48,785 nt of DNA, taken from contig JAJDXU010000234.1 of assembly GCA_022823105.1 (NCBI GenBank), positions 1 through 48,785 on the forward strand, given 5' to 3'. Shown here piece after piece: positions 41,469 to 48,785 of this stretch; position 1 is the stretch's first letter, and every line of letters begins with the position of its first letter. The DNA is from Dehalococcoidia bacterium. GTDB lineage: Bacteria > Chloroflexota > Dehalococcoidia > Lucifugimonadales > UBA3495. A model generated the notes under the pieces. The model searched no databases, was not told the origin of the DNA, and saw nothing but the letters and a program-made list of their open reading frames with translations. Both the position numbers and the translations under genes were made by a program.

Positions 41469-42281
41469 ATGACCAGCCGACCCCACGGAATCGACGGATG
41501 GGGCTTTCCCAACCAGGAATATGTCTCCGAACCCATAGTCATGACCGAGGCGCCCCGTTGCGCGCTGGTGGTCACTCCGCACCCTGACGATGCGGAGGGC
41601 GGCTGCGGCGCGACCATGGCCAAGTGGATCTCCGAGTCCGGCACCAAGGTCGTCATCCTCATGTGCACCAACGGCAACAAGGGCACCGGCGACCGCTCAT
41701 TCACTCCCGAAACCCTGGCCGCCACCCGCGAAATCGAGCAGCAGAACGCCTCCAACGTCCTGGGAGTGGCCGAGGTCGTGTTCCTCCGCTACGGTGACGG
41801 CGAGCTGGAGGATACCCACGAGTACCGCGGCGAGGTTGTGCGCCAGATCCGCAAGCACAAGCCCGAGGTGGTCTTTGGCATCGACCCGTACCGGGTCACC
41901 TCCCACACGCACCGCGACCACCGCCACAGCGGGCAGGCCGCCCTGGACGCCGCCTTCTCCTATGCCTGGAGCTGGCTGGACTTCCCCGAGCAGATCACCG
42001 AGGAGGGCCTGGAGCCCCACCAGGTCCGAGAGGCCCTGCTCTGGGGTTCCGAGCGTCCCGATACCTTCATCTCCATTACGGAAGAACACATCCTGATGAA
42101 GGCCGAGGCGCTGAGCAAGCACGCCTCCCAAATCAGCGCGCGCACCAGGTCGCAGCGCCTGGACCGCATGACCGAGGGCAGCCGCCTCCAGGGTGAGCGT
42201 TGCGGCGTCCCCTTCGCCGAGGGCTTCCGCCGCATCCCGTTCAACCTCGGCTCCGACGAATGGTGGCTCCTGAACCGCTAG
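41469..42281 (+). CDS. PIG-L family deacetylase (LmbE-like)
   Basis: GGAG RBS before ATG 41469. ALVVTPHPDDAEGGCGATMAKW and HRDHRHSGQA are the zinc-ligand motifs. Confidence 0.85.
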   Translation: MTSRPHGIDGWGFPNQEYVSEPIVMTEAPRCALVVTPHPDDAEGGCGATMAKWISESGTKVVILMCTNGNKGTGDRSFTPETLAATREIEQQNASNVLGVAEVVFLRYGDGELEDTHEYRGEVVRQIRKHKPEVVFGIDPYRVTSHTHRDHRHSGQAALDAAFSYAWSWLDFPEQITEEGLEPHQVREALLWGSERPDTFISITEEHILMKAEALSKHASQISARTRSQRLDRMTEGSRLQGERCGVPFAEGFRRIPFNLGSDEWWLLNR

Positions 42282-42299
42282 CTGCCCGTGCGGTTGGCG

Positions 42300-42305
42300 T
42301 ATAAT
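42300..42305 (+). promoter_or_regulatory. -10 box TATAAT
   Basis: 17 nt upstream of ATG 42323, with GAGGGG between them. Confidence 0.4.
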
Positions 42306-42322
42306 GGTCGCGAGGGGCTGCC

Positions 42323-43111
42323 ATGGTAATGATCCACACCAGCGACGACATACTGCGCGTGTTGCGCGAGAGGCCGGAGTGGAAAGCGGACGTCCGGCGC
42401 GAGATCCTCTCCGAGGAGCTGATGAACCTGCCCGGCCGGTTCGATCAGTTCGCCGGGAAGACCGAGCAGTTCATGGCCGACACTCAGGAATTCATCGCAG
42501 AGCAACGTCAAATCAACGACGAGCAGCGCCAGTTCAACGACGAGCAGCGCCAGTTCAACACCGACACGCAGGAATTCATCGATGAGCAGCGCCAGTTCAA
42601 CGACGAACAGCGCCGGTTCAACGAGAAGGTCGACGGCTTTATCGACCGGACCAACGCACGGTTTGGCCGCATCGAGAGCGACATCTCGAATATGCGCGGC
42701 GAATACGCCCGGAACAACGCCGTGCGCGAGGCCACGGACATCGCCGAGGACATGGGCTTTCAAATGATTCGGGTTTGGACTGAAGCGGATTTGCGCGAAC
42801 TGATTCGAACCTCGGATACAACAGGGATAGTCGTTGCGGACCTGCGCAGCTTCCGTCGCGCGGACCTGATTATTGAGGCCATGGATGCCGGCGGGTCAAC
42901 CAACTACATCGCCGTGGAAATCTCAAACGAGGCTGACGAGCGCGACACCCGGCGCGCTCTGCGAAACGCCGCCTTCCTGACTCGGTTCACTGGCCAACCG
43001 GCCCGCGCCGCCATCGCCAGCATCCGCAACGACCGACGGATACAACACGTAATCGACAGCGGCGAAATCTACTGGCACGAACTTGCTGACCGGGACACAG
43101 TTCCTGAGTAA
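42323..43111 (+). CDS. coiled-coil protein with about 9 heptads and a C-terminal PD-(D/E)xK-like domain (paralog of 20382..21296)
   Basis: M(VM)IHTSDDILRVLRERPEW..ILSEELMNLPGRF, then the heptad array, then RSFRRADLIIEAMD...YIAVEISNEADERDTRRALRNAAFL. Collinear with the first copy. Confidence 0.7.
   Translation: MVMIHTSDDILRVLRERPEWKADVRREILSEELMNLPGRFDQFAGKTEQFMADTQEFIAEQRQINDEQRQFNDEQRQFNTDTQEFIDEQRQFNDEQRRFNEKVDGFIDRTNARFGRIESDISNMRGEYARNNAVREATDIAEDMGFQMIRVWTEADLRELIRTSDTTGIVVADLRSFRRADLIIEAMDAGGSTNYIAVEISNEADERDTRRALRNAAFLTRFTGQPARAAIASIRNDRRIQHVIDSGEIYWHELADRDTVPE
42461..42655 (+). repeat. 21-nt (heptad) tandem array, about 9 units
   Basis: The units encode TQEFIAE, QRQINDE, QRQFNDE, QRQFNTD, TQEFIDE, QRQFNDE, QRRFNEK and VDGFIDR. 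Confidence 0.75.
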
Positions 43112-43130
43112 CTGCGCTCCTTGCTGGGCA

Positions 43131-43736
43131 TTAACTCCCGATCGCTCCCATCACCTCGTCCGCCGTCGCCACCCACGCCATGCGCGGGAAGATGATGTCC
43201 ATGCACACGTCGTGCTCTGTTGACGTCCCTGCCGCGCAGCAGTCGCGCACAACGATGCAATCGTAGTCCTTGTCCCGCGCGTCACGCAGCGATCCCTCCA
43301 CCACGCCCGTCGTCGAGTAGCCGGTCAGGATCAGCGTGGTGATCCCGAACCGTCGGAGGTACACCTCGATGTCCGTGGTGTTGAACGGACTGGTCGTGTG
43401 CTTGATTACCACCGGATCCTCGGGTCGTGGCGCAAGTTCCGATACCACCTCCGCATCATGAGTGCCGGCGGTCAGGCGAGGGCCGGCGTCGGCGGCGCTG
43501 GCCGGCGCTCCAAACGGTGGACGCGGCGCGTCCCTGCGGTCGGGCCGGCGGTTCACCACCACATAGATCACCGGCATCCCCGCGGCGCGAGCCTTTTCCA
43601 GCAGCCGTACGCTGTTGGCAATGATCTCCTCGCCGGAATAAGGCTGCACGGGCATGGCGTCGCCCTTGATCAACTCGTTCTGCATGTCCTGGATCAGCAG
43701 CGCCGTCTGGCTGGGATCGATCGTAATATCAGGCAT
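43131..43736 (-). CDS. isochorismatase family cysteine hydrolase
   Basis: TALLIQDMQNE (catalytic Asp), VIYVVVNRRPD, and TLILTGYSTTGVVEGSLRDA in the region where the catalytic Cys normally sits. Confidence 0.85.
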   Translation of the reverse strand: MPDITIDPSQTALLIQDMQNELIKGDAMPVQPYSGEEIIANSVRLLEKARAAGMPVIYVVVNRRPDRRDAPRPPFGAPASAADAGPRLTAGTHDAEVVSELAPRPEDPVVIKHTTSPFNTTDIEVYLRRFGITTLILTGYSTTGVVEGSLRDARDKDYDCIVVRDCCAAGTSTEHDVCMDIIFPRMAWVATADEVMGAIGS

Positions 43737-43747
43737 GGTTGTCCTCC

Positions 43748-44506
43748 CTATGGATTGGCTTCGTCTCTCTCGGGGTTTTCCGGTCCCAGAGCGTACGCGG
43801 GCGATCGCTCATCTCCCGGGCGCGGAAACTCCGATCCATCGTTGCCGAACCGTACTCCACGCGCCCGCATCATCGCCGTTGAGTTGGCCCTTGCCACCGC
43901 CCGCAGCACGTTGGACATGATGCCGCTGTTCTTGCGTACGCTCTTGGCCGGCGCCGTCACGACCTCCCGCGGCCCCGGTTCCAGCAAACCCCATCCGTCC
44001 GGCAGCATCTCCGCCAGCACCACTCCCCGGGGCGCCATGATGTAGTGAAAATCCGCGATGCTGAGAAATCGCGAGTCATGGAACTTGGTTGACACCGTAT
44101 CCAGCCGTTCCCGCAAACGTTCCTGCTCACCAAGCAGTCGTTCCAGGTCTGCGGCCGACGCCCGGTACGATGGCGTTTCCGCCAACTCGATCCGCCGCGC
44201 CAGCGAGTCAGCCCGTTTGCGCAGCCGCGCGATGTCGGCGTCGGTGTGGTTGTCCCGGGCAAAATCCGACCGGGAAACCTTGACCTCCACTGCGTAGATC
44301 ACGTTGGCCGGGCCAACGCCCACCACGTCAATCACCGACCCCCACGGCCCCTGCAGGCGTACCTCCAGCCCGATGCAACGACACCGGGCGACGCAATAAA
44401 GCCACTCCCAGGCTTCCCACTTCAGCCGGTAGGTAAGCTCCGATTCGCTGCCCAGCTTGAAGCGCTGCGCGTCTAGTCCGTATTCAGGTTGAGATTCTCC
44501 GGTCAA
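43748..44506 (-). CDS. MmcB-like PD-(D/E)xK nuclease-fold protein with an inserted coiled coil and an extended C-terminal tail
   Basis: SVIDVVGVGPANVIYAVEVKVSRSDFARD gives the D...EVK motif. About 45 aa of charged helix follow, then KFHDSRFLSIADFHYIMAPRGVV..MLPDGWGLLE, resembling the MmcB/DUF1052 C-terminal half. Confidence 0.55.
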   Translation of the reverse strand: MTGESQPEYGLDAQRFKLGSESELTYRLKWEAWEWLYCVARCRCIGLEVRLQGPWGSVIDVVGVGPANVIYAVEVKVSRSDFARDNHTDADIARLRKRADSLARRIELAETPSYRASAADLERLLGEQERLRERLDTVSTKFHDSRFLSIADFHYIMAPRGVVLAEMLPDGWGLLEPGPREVVTAPAKSVRKNSGIMSNVLRAVARANSTAMMRARGVRFGNDGSEFPRPGDERSPAYALGPENPERDEANP

Positions 44507-44515
44507 CTTGCGTTG

Positions 44516-45538
44516 TTATATTTCCTGCAGATCCCGCACGACGCGCCGCAATTGCGCCTGCTCCGCGTCGGTGGGCGCGTCGAACGAGAAGTGCATCTCG
44601 TCCACCAGGTCGCCGTATTTCTCCCGGAACTTACCGGCGATCTCGTCATACTCGCCGATGGTGGCGAAGGCGTGGAGCATCTCGTCGGGCACCAGCCCCG
44701 GCATCTCGTCCCACTTGCCCTCACGGGACAGGCGGTGCAACTCCTTGCCGATGTCCTCGAAACCGTGGCATTCCAACACCGGGAAGTAGGTCCGGGTGGA
44801 CGAGTAGAAGGATATACGCCGTCGTACCACCTCGGCCTGCTGCCGGATGACATCCCGGTTGGGCCCGGTCACGATGAACCCGCCGCCCACAATATTCACG
44901 TCGTCAGGGTTCCGACCAGCCCGCCGTGCTCCCTCCGCCACGTTGGGCTGCACCACCTGCCGGATGTACTCGGGCGACGTGAGGCTGTGCAACATCAGTC
45001 CGTCGCTCACCTCGCCGGCCACCAGGCAGTTGTACCCGTTGACCGCGGCGGTGTACACCTCGGGATGGTTGTACTCGCCGGGGCCTGGGCTGAAGAACGG
45101 CGTCATCAGGGAGAACTGGTAGAAATCGCCGTCGTACTCCAGGTTGCTGCCGGTATCCCAGCAGTTCCAGATGGCGCGGAGCGATTGCACGTATTCGCGC
45201 AGCCGGGATCCTGCCGAGCCCGTCCACCGGGTCGAGAAGCGCCGCTCGATGTGTCCCTTCACCTGGGTGCCCAGGCCCAGGCGGAACCGTCCCTGGCTGC
45301 CGTCCTGCAGGTCGCGGGCGGTGTAGGCCACCACCATGGGCGAACGCGGGAAGGCGATGGCCACGTGGGTTTCCAGTGTGACCCGGCTGGTGGACGTGGC
45401 GGCCACGGCCAGCGGCAGGAACGAATCGTGCGCCGTCTCATTGGTGGACACGCCGTCGTAACCCGCCGACTCCGCCCACGCAGCCTCGGCGGCCACGCCG
45501 TCAAAGTCCCGCGATCTCAGTGAATAAACAACTCTCAT
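44516..45538 (-). CDS. LLM class (luciferase-like) F420/flavin-dependent oxidoreductase
   Basis: GAGGAG lies 10 nt before ATG 45538. AESAGYDGVSTNETAHDSFLPLA..., FRLGLGTQVKGHIERRFS, and the overall TIM-barrel LLM pattern. Confidence 0.85.
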   Translation of the reverse strand: MRVVYSLRSRDFDGVAAEAAWAESAGYDGVSTNETAHDSFLPLAVAATSTSRVTLETHVAIAFPRSPMVVAYTARDLQDGSQGRFRLGLGTQVKGHIERRFSTRWTGSAGSRLREYVQSLRAIWNCWDTGSNLEYDGDFYQFSLMTPFFSPGPGEYNHPEVYTAAVNGYNCLVAGEVSDGLMLHSLTSPEYIRQVVQPNVAEGARRAGRNPDDVNIVGGGFIVTGPNRDVIRQQAEVVRRRISFYSSTRTYFPVLECHGFEDIGKELHRLSREGKWDEMPGLVPDEMLHAFATIGEYDEIAGKFREKYGDLVDEMHFSFDAPTDAEQAQLRRVVRDLQEI

Positions 45539-45591
45539 TTTGTGGTGGCTCCTCTGTTCATAACGAATGCTTGATGAGCGGGTCAACCGGT

Positions 45592-46416
45592 TCACGGCCA
45601 GCGAGCGTTTGACCACAGTGCATTGACCACTGCGCTCAAAAACTCCTCACGATGATGGATTTGGAAAACTGTCAATGGAGGAAATCTCATCGCATTGTAG
45701 AGTTTGAGGGGGAACTCCGTGCTATTCAGCGGCCGTTTTGCCCAATCGACTTGACGGCGGTGCGGGAACGGGCAGCCATCGTCCGGCTCCGGCTGGTAGT
45801 ACACGCCGGATTCAACACGGCCATATTGTAGTAAGGTATATTCCTTGGTTGGCGTAATGATGTAGTCGCCAGGCTTGATCCCCGACAAAAATCGAAGGAT
45901 TTGCCCCACGTTGGTTGCAACCCTGGCGTCGCCATCCTGAGGGTAGGCCATTTTATACAGGCATCTCAGCGCCTCTTTGTCCGTTACTTCAGTAAGGTCC
46001 GAGCCAGGTATCCAGCCGATCCCAGCATACCCACCGGCTACAAAACTATCGGTGTACTTGCCTTTCTCAGCGCCAACGCGCCAGATGTTGGGTGCTTCGT
46101 TTGCCCTTTTGTGATTGGTCGGCTGCGTCCGGTCGATGCTCCAGTTGGTCAGGTCACCGAACACGTCCATCTGCGACCTGTCCTCGGCTTCGGCCAGCGT
46201 CGTGATTGCTTCAGCCACGCTTTCGGCGTAGAGGAGGCCTCCAGCCTCAATCGGGACGGCAATTCCCCACATCCTGCCACGCTCTTCCTTACTGAAGATG
46301 GTGGCCCATGTTCCCCATGGGCGTTCGTCGCCCCATCCGTGCGCTTCCAGGTATGCCCGCAGGTTCGCAATTGCCAGGGACTCCATCGCCTCTTTGTCCC
46401 TAATTTGTACCTTCAT
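45592..46416 (-). CDS. two-domain protein: unassigned N-terminal domain plus PUA/EVE-like C-terminal domain (tentative)
   Basis: ATGA overlap with the upstream gene. The C-terminal half is NIWRVGAEKGKYTDSFVAGGYAGIGWIPGSDLTEV...IKPGDYIITPTKEYTLLQYGRVESGVYY...PHRRQVDWAKRPL...LTVFQI. This pattern recalls N-terminal reader domains of Mrr/McrB-type restriction proteins; that assignment is from memory and unverified. Confidence 0.55.
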   Translation of the reverse strand: MKVQIRDKEAMESLAIANLRAYLEAHGWGDERPWGTWATIFSKEERGRMWGIAVPIEAGGLLYAESVAEAITTLAEAEDRSQMDVFGDLTNWSIDRTQPTNHKRANEAPNIWRVGAEKGKYTDSFVAGGYAGIGWIPGSDLTEVTDKEALRCLYKMAYPQDGDARVATNVGQILRFLSGIKPGDYIITPTKEYTLLQYGRVESGVYYQPEPDDGCPFPHRRQVDWAKRPLNSTEFPLKLYNAMRFPPLTVFQIHHREEFLSAVVNALWSNARWP

Positions 46417-46895
46417 AATGTTTCACCCTTCGCCACCTTGTCCATCATGTCGGTTAACTGCGCACTGCTGAATACGTTGGCCGTCGGAATACGAACCGTC
46501 ACGCTGTTGCGGTTGGGTACAGGATGGTGTCCCACCGAGGAGAGCCAGTAGCCGCAGTGGCGTAAGCAAAGTTTGTCATCATTTTGTGTCAACCATTCGG
46601 TTTGGTCGTCCGGCAGTAGGACAACGATAAGGATGAAAGGATGCTTTTCCACACGAAGGTTATCGTAATCGCGCATAAGCAGGGGAAAATGTACTGCATG
46701 GCCGTCGCTGCTCATAACGCCCCGCGACGTGGACTTGGCCTGGAACCCGATGGTTTCTGAGATTCTAGCCCTTTTCAGAATCCCATCCACGCTTCTCCGA
46801 TCCACCTTCGGTTCTATCACCTCGCAATCTGCATGGGTTGCCACCGCGTTGATGTACGCCAGCGAAAATCTCTCCTTTTTCGTATTAGGATCCAT
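46413..46895 (-). CDS. DUF4365-like protein (PD-(D/E)xK restriction-endonuclease fold)
   Basis: ERFSLAYINAVATHADCEVIEPKVDRRSVDGIL....IGFQAKSTS gives the D...Q-x-K arrangement typical of DUF4365. 160 aa. The region is lower in GC by eye. Confidence 0.6.
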   Translation of the reverse strand: MDPNTKKERFSLAYINAVATHADCEVIEPKVDRRSVDGILKRARISETIGFQAKSTSRGVMSSDGHAVHFPLLMRDYDNLRVEKHPFILIVVLLPDDQTEWLTQNDDKLCLRHCGYWLSSVGHHPVPNRNSVTVRIPTANVFSSAQLTDMMDKVAKGETL

Positions 46896-46971
46896 TCGCC
46901 TTATATCCTGCCACCCTCCGGTATATCATCAACTCGAACTCAGACAAACGACACTCGGTTGCAGCAATTGG

Positions 46972-47331
46972 TTATCCCTCGTCCGGCGCGTGCTCTGCAT
47001 ATAGCTGATCGGTCTTGGCGGCCATGATGAAATCGTTGCGATGCAGGTTCCGGATCTTGTGCGTCCACCAGGTAACGCTCACGCGGCCCCACTCGGTGGT
47101 CAGGCGCGGGTGGTGGCCTTCGGATTCGGCCAGCTCGCCCAGGGCATTGGTGAACTCCAGAGCCTGAACGAAGTTGCGGAACTTGAACTGCCGGTCCAGC
47201 TTGGGAATGCCCGACTCATCAATCAACGACCAGTCGATCACCGATGGGTGCAGCACGGCGATTTCCTCGTCGGTGACGTGCGGCGAATCACGCCGGCACG
47301 CGGTGCATCGTTCGCTGTACAGTTCTGCCAT
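46972..47331 (-). CDS. phhB: 4a-hydroxytetrahydrobiopterin dehydratase (pterin-4-alpha-carbinolamine dehydratase)
   Basis: FKFRNFVQALEFTNALGELAESEGHHPRLTTEWGRVSVTWWTHKIRNLHRNDFIMAAKTD is the canonical PCD signature. GGAG RBS. Confidence 0.9.
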   Translation of the reverse strand: MAELYSERCTACRRDSPHVTDEEIAVLHPSVIDWSLIDESGIPKLDRQFKFRNFVQALEFTNALGELAESEGHHPRLTTEWGRVSVTWWTHKIRNLHRNDFIMAAKTDQLYAEHAPDEG

Positions 47332-47464
47332 TCCGTCAACTCCAATTTTCGGAAATTTGCGCTAATTCTAGCATAGCCCCGCTCAATCCTTCGCGTTCCG
47401 GCGCCTATGGGCCGGGGCTTTCGATTCTCCAGGAATCCCCTCACCCTGTCCTTTCCCGCGGCCT

Positions 47465-47860
47465 GTGACACTTCCCCCTTGCCCCTATCTTCCATCCATC
47501 CTTACCATCTAACTGTCCGACCGCCATGCAACTGCCCGACCGCCCGTATCCAACCCCAGACCCGTCCAATCTCCAATTCCAAACGCCGCTCCGCCAAACC
47601 GCTCACCAGCCCGCCAAAACCGTGAATATCGCCCCCAAAACCGCACTCGCCGCCCCCATTCTCCCCCACATCCCACCCCAATGCCCTGCTCAAATGACCG
47701 GAAATGAGCGGAAATGAGCGGGATTTCCCAAAAATCCCCGCCATCCCAACCCAATCCCCAATCCTGCCCCAGGTCCGCCTCTGGCGGTTCCATCCTGTGC
47801 ATTCAGGTACCTTTGCCCACATCGCCGAAGCCGCCGCCGAAAGCAGGCCGTCGCCCACCC
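47465..47860 (+). repeat. ~395-bp strand-asymmetric interspersed element, copy 2 (C-rich on the + strand)
   Basis: Block-wise homologous to the reverse complement of 24928-25300. The core 47689-47742 reads CTCAAATGACCGGAAATGAGCGGAAATGAGCGGGATTTCCCAAAAATCCCCGCC. Confidence 0.65.
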
Positions 47861-47891
47861 GGCTTCCTGTCCATCCCGGGCGCAAATGCGG

Positions 47892-47897
47892 TATAGT
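47892..47897 (+). promoter_or_regulatory. -10-like box TATAGT
   Basis: 58 nt upstream of ATG 47955. Confidence 0.3.
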
Positions 47898-47909
47898 TTT
47901 CGCCGACGC

Positions 47910-47938
47910 AACGGAGCCTTGAAGTAACGGAGCCTTGA
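47910..47938. repeat. tandem direct repeat AACGGAGCCTTGA x2 (16-nt period)
   Basis: Copies at 47910-47922 and 47926-47938 are identical. They lie between the -10-like box and the GAGGAGGG RBS. Confidence 0.7.
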
Positions 47939-47954
47939 GGCGAGGAGGGCCAGC

Positions 47955-48770
47955 ATGATCTACGGCGCGATAACCAACTCCTGGCGCAACCAGCTTGACG
48001 ACACCGATCTGGGCGACCTGATTTCAGAAGCCCACTCTCGCGGCGCGCGCCACATCGAACTGAGGCAAACCTGTCTCGGCGCCGCCGAATCGGGTGAGGG
48101 CAACGCCTGGCGACCCAACTTGGAAACGCTGGCCAACGTGGTGCACCGGTTCCCGGATCTGACTTTCGACCTGGCGGTAGCCCTGCCCTGCATCACCACC
48201 GACATCGACCCCGAGGGTGGACTGTACCAGTCCCAGCTTGAGGCGGCGCGACTGGTGGGCGGCGGGACCCCACATCTGCGCACCGTAGATCCCGGTACGT
48301 CCGACACTCCGTGGGAGTCCCCGGCCGACGTGGCGGAGGCGGCGGGCCGGATCGTTCCGCTGGTGCGAGAAGCGGCACGACAGGGTGTCATATTCTCCAT
48401 GGAAAACTCCGGGCAGCCGTTACGGTCGATGGCCCTGCTGGTGCAGGAAGCCCGCGGCCAACTCACCGACGAGGAAGGCCGGTACCTGGGCCTGTGCCCC
48501 GATCCGACCAACCAGTTGCGCCGCCATCCCGACAGCCAGCCGTTGGATGAGTTGGCAAACCTGCCCACGGACTACATCAAAATCGTCCACTTCAAGCAGG
48601 CCCGCGACGGCGTCGCGATCGGCAGCGTCGACGACGGCGATCTGGACTGCCACGCCATGCGACGGATCCTGGACGGCAAGGCCTATGACGGCCCGGCCGT
48701 GATGGAGATCCCGTCGGCCGACGACGTGTTCGACAACCTGGCGGCCAGTTTCGCCTACCTCGATGCCTGA
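47955..48770 (+). CDS. sugar phosphate isomerase/epimerase (xylose isomerase-like TIM barrel)
   Basis: GAGGAGGG RBS. HIELRQ, VIFSMENSG, KIVHFKQARDG and AVMEIPS fit the AP-endonuclease-2/xylose-isomerase-like barrel metal-ligand pattern. Confidence 0.65.
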   Translation: MIYGAITNSWRNQLDDTDLGDLISEAHSRGARHIELRQTCLGAAESGEGNAWRPNLETLANVVHRFPDLTFDLAVALPCITTDIDPEGGLYQSQLEAARLVGGGTPHLRTVDPGTSDTPWESPADVAEAAGRIVPLVREAARQGVIFSMENSGQPLRSMALLVQEARGQLTDEEGRYLGLCPDPTNQLRRHPDSQPLDELANLPTDYIKIVHFKQARDGVAIGSVDDGDLDCHAMRRILDGKAYDGPAVMEIPSADDVFDNLAASFAYLDA

Positions 48771-48785
48771 CACGCAGGTGGGAAT

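Noticed and set aside
39744-41582. 612-aa minus-strand ORF opposite the aldehyde dehydrogenase gene
   Set aside because: It is a Gly/Asp/Ala/His-rich antisense shadow. The + frame has all ALDH catalytic motifs. The same reasoning applies to 13441..14409, 17912..19009, 23323..24219, 44489..45523 and 35032..35880.

Overview
High-G+C (judged by eye, not computed) bacterial chromosomal segment that carries dnaA. I support about 45 protein genes. One of them, cobQ, is absent from the ORF track because it runs off the left edge. Most genes are catabolic or housekeeping: two fused double CaiB/BaiF CoA-transferases, two GMC oxidoreductases, amidohydrolase, SDR, VOC, lactonase, LLM/F420-type oxidoreductase, thiolase plus DUF35, a split TPP decarboxylase, aldehyde dehydrogenase, PIG-L deacetylase, isochorismatase, pterin dehydratase and two to three MFS transporters. 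This gene content, plus the Uma2 nucleases and the GTAGGGGCG-type REP hairpins, suggests a Chloroflexota-like aerobic heterotroph; that is inference only. No rRNA, tRNA or CRISPR array was found. Many long Arg/Gly/Pro/His-rich ORFs in the track are out-of-frame or antisense shadows of real high-GC genes, and several true starts lie internal to the tracked ORFs; I re-called these from SD and promoter context. Nuclease, RNase and modification-type modules are interleaved with the metabolic genes. The best candidates for an undescribed system are: (1) a lower-GC islet at 9.6-12.1 kb with a translationally coupled DUF262 (GmrSD-N/ParB-like) plus small HEPN (Rx4H) pair; (2) a lower-GC islet at 45.6-46.9 kb with a coupled DUF4365 (PD-(D/E)xK-like) gene plus a two-domain protein with a PUA/EVE-like C-terminal half; (3) a HEPN / degenerate-MNT / HEPN array translationally coupled to a DNA methyltransferase next to dnaA (29.7-32.0 kb). 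Other observations: two inverted paralogs of a coiled-coil plus nuclease-like protein with different heptad-repeat numbers; a ~375-400 bp strand-asymmetric repeat present twice, one copy beside an IS110-family transposase remnant; three PaREP1-like helical genes, one frameshifted; REP hairpin families; and short tandem repeats in three upstream regions. All family assignments come from motif recognition by eye and need HMM or structure confirmation.
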